Of a stretch of DNA of 64,000 bases, positions 1 through 12,220 are shown piece by piece (the stretch's first letter is position 1; the number at the start of each line of letters is the position of its first letter). The stretch covers positions 291,462,001-291,526,000 of the forward strand of contig OZ024740.1 in assembly GCA_964016885.1 (NCBI GenBank), written 5' to 3'. Below the pieces are notes generated by a model. It ran no database searches. It was not told the DNA's origin and worked only from the letters and a program-made list of their open reading frames with translations. Both the position numbers and the translations under genes were made by a program. This stretch comes from Eledone cirrhosa. Lineage: Eukaryota.

Positions 1-55
1 AACAGTGTCATAGAATACAACTATAGAACAGGCATAGTCAACAGGAAAATACAAT

Positions 56-178
56 AGATAGTTAAGTGAGGAAGTCAAGATGTGTCAGGGTGTGGCAGAG
101 ATGTGCGTGTGTGTTTGCACCTAACACAGTAGATAGTTAAGTGAGGAAGTCAAGATGTATGTGTGTATGTGCACCTAA
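56..178. repeat. Local ~75-bp direct duplication
   Basis: agatagttaagtgaggaagtcaagatgt...tgcacctaa occurs twice (~56 and ~131). Confidence 0.7.
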
Positions 179-249
179 TCACGAGCATTTTAGAGAGTAA
201 TAATTATAATGTAACTTTCTTTTACTGTTGTTTTCAATTTAAATTGTAG

Positions 250-401
250 AAGCTGTGTTTTAGCCGCTGTAGTCGAGGTGAATTAACTGGTGATAAAATT
301 TTGCAGGCATCAACAGTGTGTCATAATTTAACTCATGTTGATGCTAGTTGGTGTTCAGTGACAGATTCTGGATTGTCTGCCATTGCAGATTCCTGTGATA
401 G
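250..401 (+). CDS. Internal exon of a cysteine-containing LRR (FBXL/AMN1-like) gene; upstream exons lie outside the window
   Basis: ttgtag|AAG...GATAG|gtaaat. Translates KLCFSRCSRGELTGDKILQASTVCHNLTHVDASWCSVTDSGLSAIADSCD(R), an LRR_CC pattern. An alternative acceptor at 306 is in the same frame. Confidence 0.8.
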
Positions 402-516
402 GTAAATATCAATCTTTCTCTCTCTCTTACATTCACTCACTCTCTCATTCACACACACACACACATATCTACCTACCTGCCTACCTTTTAAATATAAAAT
501 TTATTTATGATTTCAG

Positions 517-597
517 GTTGGAAAGTTTGTGTTTAAATGGTTGTGGGTTGATGTCAGACAATGGGTTGAAAATATTGGTATCAAAACATTGTAAAAG
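517..597 (+). CDS. LRR gene exon
   Basis: tttcag|G...AAAAG|gtaagt, phase 2/2. (R)LESLCLNGCGLMSDNGLKILVSKHCK. Confidence 0.9.
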
Positions 598-789
598 GTA
601 AGTCTCAATTGATTATTTAAGCAGAAAATCATTTTGTTAAAGTAGAATATCATTTTGTTTTCTATAAGTCTTATCATATCTCAGTTAATTTTACTAATGA
701 TAAAGATTAATCTTTTTGTGTGTGTGTATCTTGTTTTTATTTTTATTAAAATGTGGATTTGTAAATCCAATATAAATCATATACTCATA

Positions 790-1638
790 TACAAAACTCT
801 GATTCCGTCAGGGAAATGGCCATGTTCGATATGCAGAAAAGGAACTGGCATAAATTCTATAAAATGCACACAATGCAGATCCTGGGTACACAAGAGATGT
901 AGCGGGATAGCAGGCAAACTAACAGGTAGGGAGAAATATGTGTGCAGTAGATGTACAGGGAAATTAGACAGTAGAAGTCGCATTGATAGACACATTTTTC
1001 AAATGCAGGAGGGCGCTATAGAAGTGGTGGATAGCTTCCGGTACCTAGGAGATCAGATTAGCATGGGAGGAGGGTGTTCCGAGGCCATAGTATCTAGAAT
1101 AAAGACGGGTTGGAAGAAGTTTAAGGAGCTGCTTCTTCTGTTAACGAAGAAGGGTTTCTCCCTGCGTACGAAAGGCCGGTTGTATGATGCCTGTGTGAGG
1201 AGCGCGATGCTGCATGGTAGTGAGACATGGGCAGCAACTGCAGAGGATATGCGACGGCTGGAGAGAAATGAGGCAAGCATGCTCCGTTGGATGTGCGTGA
1301 ACAACCCAGCATAAATGTGTTGAGAGAGAAACTGTGTCTGAGAGGGATAGAATGTAGTGTATGGAAGAGGAGACTGAGGTGGTATGGACATGTGATGCGC
1401 ATGGAGGATGACCGATGGGTGAAGAAGTGCCAGGAAATGCCAGGTGAAGGAAGACGTGGTAGAGGTAGACCACGAAAAACATGAGTGGAGGTGGTGAGAA
1501 CAGATCTCAGATCATTGAAGCTCACGGTGGAGATGATGAAGGACCGTGACAAGTGGAGAGATGCTGTGCTGAATAAGACCCGTCCCACCCTTGCAAGCAG
1601 GGAAAAGCAGATGTAAAATGATGATGATGATGATGATG
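790..1638 (+). mobile_element. 5'-truncated RTE-clade LINE (C-terminal RT with PHD-like finger) with (ATG)n tail
   Basis: WPCSICRKG...WVHKRC...CSRC, VDSFRYLG, SAMLHGSETW, RRLRWYGHVMRM, GRGRPRKT; frameshift near 1305; tail atgatgatg at ~1618-1638. Confidence 0.92.
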
Positions 1639-1692
1639 AAGCCAAGAAATATGTGATAAAAAAGTGGATGGTAAAATAGAGATCGACTTATG

Positions 1693-1876
1693 AATTGGCA
1701 GTATCAGTACAGTGTCAGACACCTTGCTTTGCAGCATAGTTATGGCCCTTTGCATTCTGAGTTTAAATCCCACTGAGGTTAACTTTGCATTTCACCCTTA
1801 TAAGGTTGATAGAATAAAGCACGAGCAATGCACTGGGGGTAATTGCTGGCCGTGTGCCAAAAGTAGAAACAATATT
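1693..1876 (+). mobile_element. tRNA-derived SINE (family A, short form)
   Basis: A-box-like ttggcagtatc, B-box-like gagtt(c/t)aaatccc, core aactttgc...gata(a)aataaag, 3' end ttgctggcc.tgtgcc...gtagaaac; many copies in the window. Confidence 0.8.
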
Positions 1877-2102
1877 TGAGCTCAATATTTTACCAATTTT
1901 CACCAATTTCAAATTCTAAGGAAATAAGATGCTAAAATATCTGGAGTAGTTATTTTACAGTGAAATACTGTTATTCTTAATTTACTACATTGTCATGAGT
2001 CTTGTTTATGCATTCCTATGAGAAGATTCCCAACATTTTTTAAAAATTTGAACTTTTTTCTCTTAATTATATTTTTTTCCAATCTTCTGACTTGTATTTT
2101 AT

Positions 2103-2239
<137 letters not shown>

Positions 2240-3380
2240 CCTGCCCTCTCTCTCACTTGTTGTCTCTCCCTTACTCCCTTCCATTATGTCCTCTTGTATC
2301 ATTTCTATCTTCCCTAGTGTTTTTAATAATCTCCATAACAGTTAAAGAAAAAGAAATTTAAATATCTTAAACTAAAATTTATCTCTATGAGAGTAAAAAG
2401 TGTAGACTAATAGTGTATCCATTTGAATGAACAACATTTTAATGATTTTCAAGAAATAATCTGGGTGATTTAAATAGATTGGAAATAAACAAAAAATTGA
2501 GAAATTTGTTGACACTTTATAAAACGTATGAAATAATAAATATGTTCTCCACTCAGGAGAATTATATAATTGCACCATTGAAACAATGTAATCTGCTTCG
2601 GTTTATACATGGGATTTGGATTTTTGTCTGTTTCTCAGACATAGAATAGGGTCAGATTATATTCAAGTATATGTGCTAACTAGCATTTTAATATATTCTA
2701 ATACTTCACATAGTTTGTTATAAATGCAAGTTTAAAAACCAATAAATTTCTTAATGAATTATTGCAGTTGCCATTTGGTTTTAAAATGTAAGAAATTTTA
2801 TACTGAATACAACATATGTTAAAAGATGTATGTTCTATGCAAATATTTCTTTTTTAATTAATTAAATTGCTAAACAAATGCACGTCATCATTTTAATGTC
2901 TGTTCTTCCGTGTCATTCAAATTAGACTGATTATTTCAATTATGTTCTACATCCTATTTGAGATAAATAGTAATGCCATCAATGCTCCTCTGTAGGCAGA
3001 ATCATAGGGATGGTTATCTTCTGATGAGATGACCAGGGCCTATGGTGGGGGGGGGGGGGTCTAGCCAGTACTTTGTTCCAGGGCCCAAGAGCTAAGAAGG
3101 CCCCACAGCAACCATGCAGCGTCCATTTTGAGAAAAAATCTTTGCCTGCTTTGGGCCCCAAAGGGGTCTTGTACCACCTTGCAAAATTTCTCTATGAGGC
3201 CCTGGAGGTAACAATCTTTGAAATACACAAAGATAATCTCATGTTTTTTTCTGTGTATAGAAGGAATAGTTAGAAGTGTGTTTACACTTCCTTCTTTTGA
3301 CAGTGAGGTTTCTATTTCAACCACTGTAGTTAGAAATTCTGGTGAAATATACCATATTAAATTTCTTTTCTACATTTCAG

Positions 3381-3492
3381 CTTACAAGAATTAGAAATGT
3401 TTGGCTGTTTTAACATCACTTCTCGAGGAATCCGACACCTTGCTAGTGTATGCACTAATCTACGCACCTTACAGCTAGGACAATGTTATAAG
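3381..3492 (+). CDS. LRR gene exon
   Basis: tttcag|C...AAG|gtaagc. (S)LQELEMFGCFNITSRGIRHLASVCTNLRTLQLGQCYK; phase matches the previous exon. Confidence 0.92.
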
Positions 3493-4647
3493 GTAAGCAA
3501 TTTTATTCTTCCCGTATTCAAGATATTTTTAATTTTACTTCTATGGCCTTCAGTTTATTACTAGGTGAACCTTGTAGTAAATCTTTGGAATTATTTTCAT
3601 GTAACCCTTTTGATATAAACCTGCCTAAAACTGCTTCTGGTTCTAATCCTGCTGTGGCCCAGTTGCATGGTAGACTTAATCTATTGTCCTGTTCACCACA
3701 ACATTATCTTTGAGTGTCTTCAGCAGACTTTATTCTGTTGCAAGTATTGAGGCCAGGTGTCAGATTGTTACTTTCTGAGGCTAGACAGGTCAGATGACCA
3801 CATCTTGCTCATGCATTCCATTTTTGGCTTGGGTTCTATGACTGGATGCCCTTCCTAATGCTATGCACTTTACAGCATGTACTAGGGGCATTTTATAGTT
3901 GCACCAGCACTACTATCTTACAAGGTGGACTGCATGTTGTTTTTTATTATGGCACCACCACTACCACCTTACAGCATGAACTGGGTGGTTTTTATGATTA
4001 CTGGTGAAATATTAATGGTTTGTATTATGTAGCAATAATCATGACCTTTGTTATTTTCTTTGCTTTCTCATATAGTTTAATCTGTTCCCCTACTGACAGA
4101 CATAATAGGGTGTCAAAATGTGAAATATGTTGTGATATTTTTTTGTGTTCTTTGTTTTCTGAATTCAAATTGCACTACAGTTAACTTTACTTTTCATCCT
4201 TCCAAATAAAGTACGAGTGTAAGACAATGGATTGACAGAATTGTGAGACTATCAAAGCGTACCTTGCGATATTTGTTCAAGGTCTTTATATTCTGAGTTG
4301 AAATTCTGCCATGGTAAACTTAACCATCACAGGACCTAGCACTACCACAACCTAGGCCTTCAGTGCCTTTAGTGTAAGCACTCAGTTCATGTCTTTGGTC
4401 TGAAGAGACCTTCCTCTCTCCCTCATAGTCTACCAGTCTTGAAGACATTACAGTTCATGTCTTCAGTTTAAGGAGACCTTCCTCTCTCCCTCCCTCCTTC
4501 AATCTACCAGTCTTGGAGACATTGAAAACAGTCAGTAGCACTGATCTTTCCCCTGATTAAGCAATCAAAATTTAAAAAAAAGTATAGAAGACATTGGTAT
4601 TGATTATTGTGATTGTTTTATTAACTTTATTGATTTTATTATTTTAG

Positions 4648-4725
4648 CTGACAGATTCCTGCATTGCTGAAGTATCAAGTAGCTTATGCTGCGTTCAAAA
4701 CTTGGATCTCAGGGGTTGTAAGCAG
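4648..4725 (+). CDS. LRR gene exon
   Basis: ttttag|CTG...CAG|gtaatt, phase 0/0. LTDSCIAEVSSSLCCVQNLDLRGCKQ. Confidence 0.92.
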
Positions 4726-4816
4726 GTAATTACATTGTCTTTTGTTGTCTTCACTTACTTTGCTTTGTTGTTCATTCATGGAAATCTGAATATATTTTGC
4801 TGGGTTCAAGATTTAT

Positions 4817-4985
4817 TGGTGCAGCAAATAGGCAGAGACATTAGAAAATTGGATAGAATGCTTTGTGGTATTTATTCTGACTCTCTGTGATCTCTGAGTT
4901 CAAATCCTGCTGAGATCAACTTTACTTTTCACCATTTCCAGGTTGATAAACAAAACGTATCAGTCCCATACTGGGATCAATTCCT
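4817..4985 (+). mobile_element. SINE family A, diverged copy
   Basis: ctgagttcaaatcctgctgagatcaactttacttttcacc...gttgataaa...actggg. Confidence 0.7.
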
Positions 4986-5759
4986 CCTCTCTCTCATTCT
5001 CTCCTTCTCTGTAAGAAATTAGCTCTCTGGAAGAGATGGGTTCTACCAGGTTTAAAATGCCTAAGCCACACCATATTATCATGACACAGCCCTACAATTT
5101 CACCAGGAGATACAGGTCCATACATACGTAATGTTATTGGAAGACATAAAATTTTATCCTTCAATTTTTCTTGCCAATATACTCTCCATAATTGTAATTT
5201 TAGTTCTCTATCCCATTATAAAATTTCAGGTTCAAATCACTAATAAAAAATGTCTGAAATATTGTTTGTTTAGCCTTTAATCAACCTTTACTGAACAGAA
5301 CTATGATCGAAGCTGTTCCAACTATGACCATCCCATTTTTTTTTTTCTTGGGGACATCCACATTATCCAATGTGTCCTTCTTTTTACAAAGTAGTAAGGG
5401 TTTGAATTGAGGGAGATTTGGTTGCTGTTTTTAACAGGTCAAGCAACTGTAGACACTCTTGTCTGTGAGTCAATAGTACAGGTGGAAAGAAACTGGAGAA
5501 GGGGAAATTATCCTTGTCAATCTCTTGAAACTGAAGACACCTTTAATTACTAATAATATACAGGATGTTTATGTGACGTTGGTCACAACCTTAAAGATTC
5601 ATATTAAAAGGCCTTCAAATACTTTTCATAAACATCCCATATATTATTCTATATACAATACGTACACTTATTTCCATACATCTTCACATTGTTTTTGCTC
5701 ATCATGAGGTTTGTGTTCATTTTTTTGTTTTGCATGTTTTTTTTTTCTTTTTGTTTTAG

Positions 5760-5887
5760 ATCAAAGACAGTTGTATTGAAAAGATTGTTGCTAACTGTTC
5801 CCGCTTACACACCTTAGCATTGGCCAATTGTCCAAATATTAGTAACAATGCTATGCAAAAGATAGCTTCCACTCTTCCAGGTATCCG
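5760..5887 (+). CDS. LRR gene exon
   Basis: Long pyrimidine tract, ttttag|ATC...CG|gtgagt. IKDSCIEKIVANCSRLHTLALANCPNISNNAMQKIASTLPGI(R). Confidence 0.92.
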
Positions 5888-6016
5888 GTGAGTCATTATT
5901 ATTATATATTCTATTTCGTTGAGAGCAAAACAAAAACAAACAAAATAGGTTTTCCAGACCAATTTGAAAACTATAATAGTTTGAAGCGAAAATATTTTAA
6001 AATGTGTATAAAATTC

Positions 6017-6535
6017 TAATCACATGCCCATAAGTATCGGAGCTGTGATCTCTCAATTTGGAAAAGTAGCGGCTCTACCAGGAATGACTCTGATCTCTGA
6101 GCTATGCACTCTGTTAAGTAACGTTACTCCAAAACTCTTCAGAGGAATCCTATTTCAACCGCTTGTATTCACGATCGTATTCTTTCGGTCATTACTCAAG
6201 ATTCATGACCATATGTAAGAGTTGGTACAAAAACTGACTTGAAGACAGCGAGTTTGGCTTTTACGCCTACCTCCCTGCTGATTACTGATGCTGAAGTTGG
6301 TGTGTGGTTAGAATGTCTTGGGAAAGAATTGCTGAACAGATTTTACGGGCAAAATCAACCAGCAAGAGACCCCGGGGTAGACCCTGAGCAAGATGGATAA
6401 CATGAGCTTGACTGGTCACACTTGGAGATCCAGCTGGATCGGTTGGAGACGGTTGCTTCTGACAGGACTTGTTGGAAGGAGTGTTTGAGGACTCTGCCCC
6501 CATGGCCCTCCCAGGAATAAGTGGGTGAAGAAGAA
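6017..6535. mobile_element. RTE-clade LINE 3' end with 5' inversion (inverted part ~6017-6282 on -, sense part ~6285-6535 on +), (GAA)n tail and 13-bp TSD
   Basis: The - strand reads AKLAVFKSVFVPTLTYGHES...IERSQLR..GHVIRM; the + strand reads RPRGRP and ends gaagaagaag. Flanks gtgtataaaattc (6004-6016) and gtgtatagaattc (6536-6548). Confidence 0.8.
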
Positions 6536-7504
6536 GTGTATAGAATTCCATTTAAAACGTATTTGTTGATCAAGTATAGCAGTAGGTTAAATAATATATA
6601 TCAAGTAGAGTGGTGGATTAGTAGAATTGTTAAAGCTGAGCTTTGCAGTATTTAGTTATGGCCCTTTATATTCTAAGTTAAAATCACACCATGGTTGATA
6701 AAACAAGTGCCATTTGAATACTGGTGTTGATTGAATCTATTACCTTCTCATAATCAATTCATCCCAAATAATAGGGGAGTTGGAATAATCAATAATTTTA
6801 TTTAAGTTTTCTCCATTGATTTAAAAAAAAAAAAACAGAACTAGTTGGTTAGTTTACATATTTAGACACAAACCAATTCTATTTATTTTATAACTTATGG
6901 GATTTCTAGTAATGTACTTTTTTTGTCATTTTTAATGTATAAAGAAAATCAATTGTCGCAGGAATGGTACCACTTAAAATAAAATTTTGCCAGAGATAGA
7001 TTAGCAAAATTTAATAAGTGTAGCAGTTTGAAAAAGTCTGAAAAATTAATAAGCAGTGGGAACGCCGATTATTTGAGACACGGGAGTAGCTAGTTACTCA
7101 TTAATGCCTTTGCTCACAACTAGATAAACTAGATATACAATTTCTAGCATCGTTATTCCAACAGCAGAAGTGGCTGATCCAATGCCCAGCCCACCTTTTA
7201 TTTTTCAACATTACATACTAATAAAAACACACCAATTTAACAATGCTGCTGGTACTTACAGTAAAACCTGTCTTGTGGTCAGGTTGTCGATAACTAAACC
7301 AGCAACCCCACCAAACTTGTTTGATGAGAAAGGGGGTTTTGGGACACTCTGCAGGATGAAAAACAAAACTCGTTAAAGGGCAGAGGTACTCAGGAGAGTC
7401 AACGGCCATCCAATAGTGTGTAAAAAAAAAATGACAGCTAGACAGACCTCGTTAGCCTTGGTTCGCAGTCTGTCTACATAACAGCCGCCAATTGAAATAG
7501 TGAA

Positions 7505-7642
7505 GGTGAGTGGGTTAACGGCTAGAGTGTTGAACCCACTATCACAAGGTCGTGAGTCAATTCTTGGACTCGGCAGCTCGTCTACATGAGCAAGACACTT
7601 TATTTTACCTCATTCCAGTTCACTCAGCTGGCAAAAATGAAT
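7505..7642 (+). mobile_element. 5' part of a CORE-type tRNA SINE
   Basis: tRNA-like head followed by gagcaagacacttt...ccagttcactcagctg; same family as 47105-47352. Confidence 0.6.
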
Positions 7643-7744
7643 TGCACTAAAACTGGTATCCAGCTATATCCAACATCAGTGGCATGGAGAAGGAAGACTA
7701 GCATGCATAGGTCACTGCTATTTTTATTATTATTGTTATTACTA

Positions 7745-7975
7745 GAGTGGTGGGTTGGCAGTATTGGTAGAGTATTGGACATCATGCTTTGCAGAATAGA
7801 GTTACAGCCCTTTTCGGTCTGAGTTCAAATCCCGCCAAGGTTAACTTTGCCTTTCATCCTTACGGAGTCGATAAAATAAAGCACCAGTAATGCACTGGGG
7901 TCGATTTAATTGACTTTCCCCTCTCCCAAAATTGCTGGCCTTGTACCTATAGTAGAAATCATTGTTATTATTATT
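7745..7975 (+). mobile_element. SINE family A, long form
   Basis: Head + ctgagttcaaatcccgccaaggttaactttgcctttcatccttacggagtcgataaaataaag + ggtcgatttaattgactttcccc insert + (ATT)n tail. The central domain resembles the MetaSINE-type core. Confidence 0.88.
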
Positions 7976-8055
7976 ATCTTCAAATCATTTCTATATAAAA
8001 TTTTTAAAGTTAATTTTTATTTTAATCGGTTCTTTATAGTTGCTAAACTATTTCC

Positions 8056-8353
8056 TTAACCTTTCCATTACTATATTTCTAATGAAAGACACTGACTATG
8101 TCATTATCTCTTTCATTACCATATTTCTAATGAAATACACTGTCAATGTTTAACCCTTTCATTACCATATTTCTAATGAAAGACACAATGATTAAAAATT
8201 TACAGGAACTTAGTAATATGACTAAATTTCTCACTAATAGGCTGGTGTTTGGTGTCAACAAAGGTTTTAATATAGGTATGAACAGTTAAAAATTGGCAGT
8301 TTTGTTACATACAACAGGGATAGTTTCAGGTGGTTTGGTATGAAGTGAGTTAA
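8056..8353. mobile_element. TTAA-flanked ~250-300 bp MITE (piggyBac-like) with triplicated left end
   Basis: ttaacctttccattac...gtttcaggtggtttggtatgaagtgagttaa. Homologous copies at ~45593-45862, 54293-54540, 56592-56812 and 57750-57990. Confidence 0.65.
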
Positions 8354-8772
8354 ATATTTTCAGTTGTTTTATAAAATCATAAAGTTAGATGATATATCAA
8401 GGTATGACATCCTTTAGATAGATTTTCACATATTCCAGTATTGTCATGTTTTCAGGCCCCAAATCCCATCTTGTTCCAACATTTCTATAATCCCATGTTG
8501 TCTGTTTGAATTATTTTTTCTGCTTATCCTTTTCCTTGCCACATCTCAAATAATTTTTTTAATAATCGAGAATTTTAAATGATTTAACTAACTTATCATT
8601 ATTATGCTGGTGTTTGGAGCATAACTTAACATTCTTAGATAAAATAATGATGGAAGGTTTTTAAATGAATATAAACACTCTAAAATAAAACAGTTTTGCA
8701 TTGTAAAAGCTGGGTGATTTCCAGTGGATTAATATGAAAAGTGTTAACATTACCATTATCTTCCGTGTCTAG

Positions 8773-8889
8773 GAGTATTGATGTATGTGGCTGTAAACTA
8801 ATCACAGATGAGAGTGTAAACCGATTAGCTATTAACTGTCGCCAGCTTGTCTATTTAGACATCAGTTCTACAGGCTGCACCTACAAAAG
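8773..8889 (+). CDS. LRR gene exon
   Basis: gtctag|G...AAAAG|gtaaga. (R)SIDVCGCKLITDESVNRLAINCRQLVYLDISSTGCTYK. Confidence 0.92.
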
Positions 8890-8971
8890 GTAAGAATTTT
8901 CACTTTCATTCTTCAAAGAAGTTTTTTTTAAGTATAACTTGCAGGATTGATTTTATTGTTTAAGGCAAACG

Positions 8972-9157
8972 AGTGTGGTGGATTGGTATCATAGAGTTAC
9001 GGCCCTTTATAATCTTAGTTCAAATCCTGTCGAGGTTAACTTTGCCTTTCATCCTACAGGGTCGATAAAATAATGTACCAGTCATGCACTGGGGTAAATT
9101 TAATCGACTTTCCCCCTCCTCTAAAAAATTGCTGGCCTTGTGCCTATATAAGAAACC
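8972..9157 (+). mobile_element. SINE family A with ~16-bp TSD
   Basis: Flanked by attgtttaaggcaaac / attatttaaggcaaac; family A core present. Confidence 0.85.
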
Positions 9158-10098
9158 ATTATTTAAGGCAAACAAACAAAATAATGATATACAACATATT
9201 CCTCAATATTCTTTTGATATAAAAAGTATATTATTAGTTAATTCAAACGGTTGCAGATTTAAAATGTTAAAATTAAATGTTTCATCACTCTTGTCAAAAA
9301 AGACCCCATGACAAAAGTCTGTGTGTCTGTGTCTGTGTGAGAGAGAGAGAGACACTCTCTCTCATCTAGCCTATGCCAGCATGGAAAAATGGACATAAAA
9401 ATGATGCAAGCAAGGATTAGATTGGATTGGCCATTACATATCAGGTCATTAATTTGTCGGGGCTAAGGATCTTTCAGACAAACTGGGAGGTCACTTCTCA
9501 TTTACAAGCGGTGCATTTTATTATGACACCAAAACTATTGAGGTTGTTATGTCTTTGACACACCTGAAGAGTACTATTTGTTTGGCAAGGTTTTTTTTAT
9601 GGCTAGATGCCCTTCCTACCACCAACCATTTTACAGATTGTACTGAATGCATTTTATCATGACACAAACAGTAGAGAGGCTGTGCCCATGACACAATTGA
9701 CGAGTCCTCTCAACTATTTTAGAGGACATGATTTCTACAGTAGGATGTCCTAATAAGGTTATTTGTAGAACCACGAAAATATTTTGTTTGCTTTTACTGG
9801 TCCATTGATTCTTAGACAAGTTTTACTACTTAATGATTCACCCAAAGTACACAGTTCTCATTTAGTTTTAATGAGATAATAAATATAGATTTTGTGTATC
9901 AAATTTTTCAGTTTATTTTCTAGATTATAAAAAAAGAAATTTATTGGGTGGTGTGTAAATTGAGATATCAATTTAGTTTCTCAAACAAATAACATTTAAA
10001 AAATATTACAATATTATATTTATGGATGATAGTTTTGCATCAATTTTATTTTAGTATTTCTAATGTTTCATTGTTCTTTGTATATTTATTATTACTAG

Positions 10099-10209
10099 TA
10101 TATGCAGACTAGCTGAACAGGGATCAAATGATCTTGAAACTTTAAAACTTAATTTTATTACTGGAATTACTGAGAACAGTTTAACAAAACTGACCAATAG
10201 TTGTAAAAG
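10099..10209 (+). CDS. LRR gene exon
   Basis: tactag|T...AAAAG|gttggt. (S)ICRLAEQGSNDLETLKLNFITGITENSLTKLTNSCK; phases fit both neighbouring exons. Confidence 0.85.
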
Positions 10210-10461
10210 GTTGGTATTGGATTTGATTTTTACACTTGTAAAATTTCTGTTTATCCTTTTTATGATTTGACTGATTTGATTTTGCTGTTGAAAGAGCTGA
10301 CAACTTAAAGTTTTATATTTAACCACCTAACTGAAGATTGCAAAGTAGTCTGGCTTAAATGTAAAGAATATTGACAATCATTGAATTGAGAAATTCTCTG
10401 AGTATTGAAGACAATTGCTTTAATCTGGACATGTAATTGGGGAATTACAGTAAGATAGCAT

Positions 10462-10745
10462 TTAGTGGTATAAACAGTACAGTGAGATAACATCTAGTGG
10501 TATAAACAGTACAGTAGTATATATATAGTAGTATAAACAGTACAGTGGTATATCTAGTGGTATAAACAGTACAGTGAGATAACATCTAGTGGTATAAACA
10601 GTATAGTGAGATAACATGTAGTGGTATAAACAATACAGTGGTATATATATATATATAGTGGAATAAATAGTACAGTGGTATATATAGTGGTATAAACAAT
10701 ACAGTGGTGTAAACAATTCAGTGAGATTGCATCTTGTGGTATAAA
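10462..10745. repeat. ~32-bp minisatellite, ~9 diverged units
   Basis: tagtggtataaacagtacagtg(agataacatc / gtatatatc) repeated. Confidence 0.9.
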
Positions 10746-10873
10746 TAAAGAAGTGAGGGTGATACAGTTAGGTTTGATCTCAGTTATGGCTCAAAAATGA
10801 AACAGAAAGATCAAAATATGTGAAAAGTTGTTTGAAAAATTGACTAATGATTTTATTGATTTAAAAATCCAAG

Positions 10874-12220
10874 TTATTCACATGTAGAATGGACTGAGGT
10901 TTCCTTGAGATGAAGAGTGTCTGTCTTGGCAGCACTGATTTTCATTCCTTTTATACAGCGCTCGGCATCAAACCTATCAAGTGTATATCGGAGATCACCT
11001 TCAGTCGAGTTAAGTAATACCTTGTGGTCCGCAAATTCCTGTTGATTGATCCTACTCCCACCAGTCTTCATATCACCTCTTGCCCGGCTGTGCATGTCAA
11101 TCCTGTCCATTATAAATAGGAGAGGTGACAGTATGCACCCTGAGTGGAGTCTAACACCTATATTGAATGGTTTCGACTTAGCACCATTTATCCGAATACA
11201 AATACTAAGATATATGTGTGGATATTTGGTCGGCTGTGCTGGTCTGGGGCGAAAACCACACTGTTCATCAGCTAGCTTAGACTTGATAATTGCCCTACAT
11301 CTCTTTGCCAGACACTTAGCATAGACTTTATTAGGGATGCTTAGCAAGGAGATCCTTCTATAATTTGAGCAATCTCTCTTGTCTCCCTTTTTTAAAATTG
11401 GGATTATTACTCCCAATTGCCATTGCTTAGATGCTTTTCCAGAGATCCAGGCCATTTAGCACACATGAGTCAGCCAGAGAATACCTTTTCTATTTAAGGT
11501 TTTTAACATCTCAGGCCAAATTTCATCCTCTCCAATGGCCTTTCCACATTTGAACTCTTTAACTGCTCTTGTGACCCCGTCTCTGATAAATTAGTCATTG
11601 CTCCCAGATGTACCTCATGTACATTAGAAAATGCTGTTGTGATCAGGTTTAGATCAGCAAAGTATTCTCTCCACCTCGCAAGGAGAACCCCAGACACATT
11701 CCTGATAGCAGGTGTGGAGGAGGGCTTCTTATTACAAAGTCGGCGGATTGTTTGCTAGAACACTTTTTTTGTTGATCTGAAGTCGGGTTACAGCTTAAAC
11801 TCAAAGTCCTCTCATGTCTTAACGTTGGTCGCCTTTACTGTCTGCTGTGACTTTTTGCACCTGCTTGTGGCGCAAGTGCAAGAAGGTGGACTTATTTCCA
11901 AGCCAATTTTTGTAAGCTTCGAGTGGATGGCATCTTTGACCACTTGATTGAACCAAGGGGTCCTCTTACCATTCAGCGCCACACCAAGCCTCTTTCACCC
12001 ACAGCATTTAACAGTTGAAGTAGAAACTGCTGAGTTGAACAGTGTCCGCTCCATTCCAACATCCTCAGTTTGCTTAGATTCTCTGAATTTGGATATAGTA
12101 GTATCTGCAAACCTGTTCCTGATTCCCCTATCTGCCAGCCCTCCCCAATTTATCCTTTAGGTCAAGCTGAACCTGAAAATTTTGTGGGCTCTCTCGACTT
12201 CAGGTAGTCTCAAGCTGCAG
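10874..12220 (-). mobile_element. Decayed RTE-clade LINE, linker and RT portion
   Basis: WQLGVIIPILKKGDKRDCSNYRRISLLSIPNKVYAKCL...QCGFRP...GCILSPLLF...FADH; frameshifts and deletions. Confidence 0.88.

Noticed and set aside
655-1314. 219-aa ORF as a host zinc-finger gene
   Set aside because: It is an RTE LINE fragment with a random AT-rich N-terminal extension, a frameshift and a LINE tail; homologues recur in the window.
7050-7480. Possible Tigger-like terminus and LINE 5' region
   Set aside because: It looks repeat-derived, but I found no partner TIR or coding motif to classify it.
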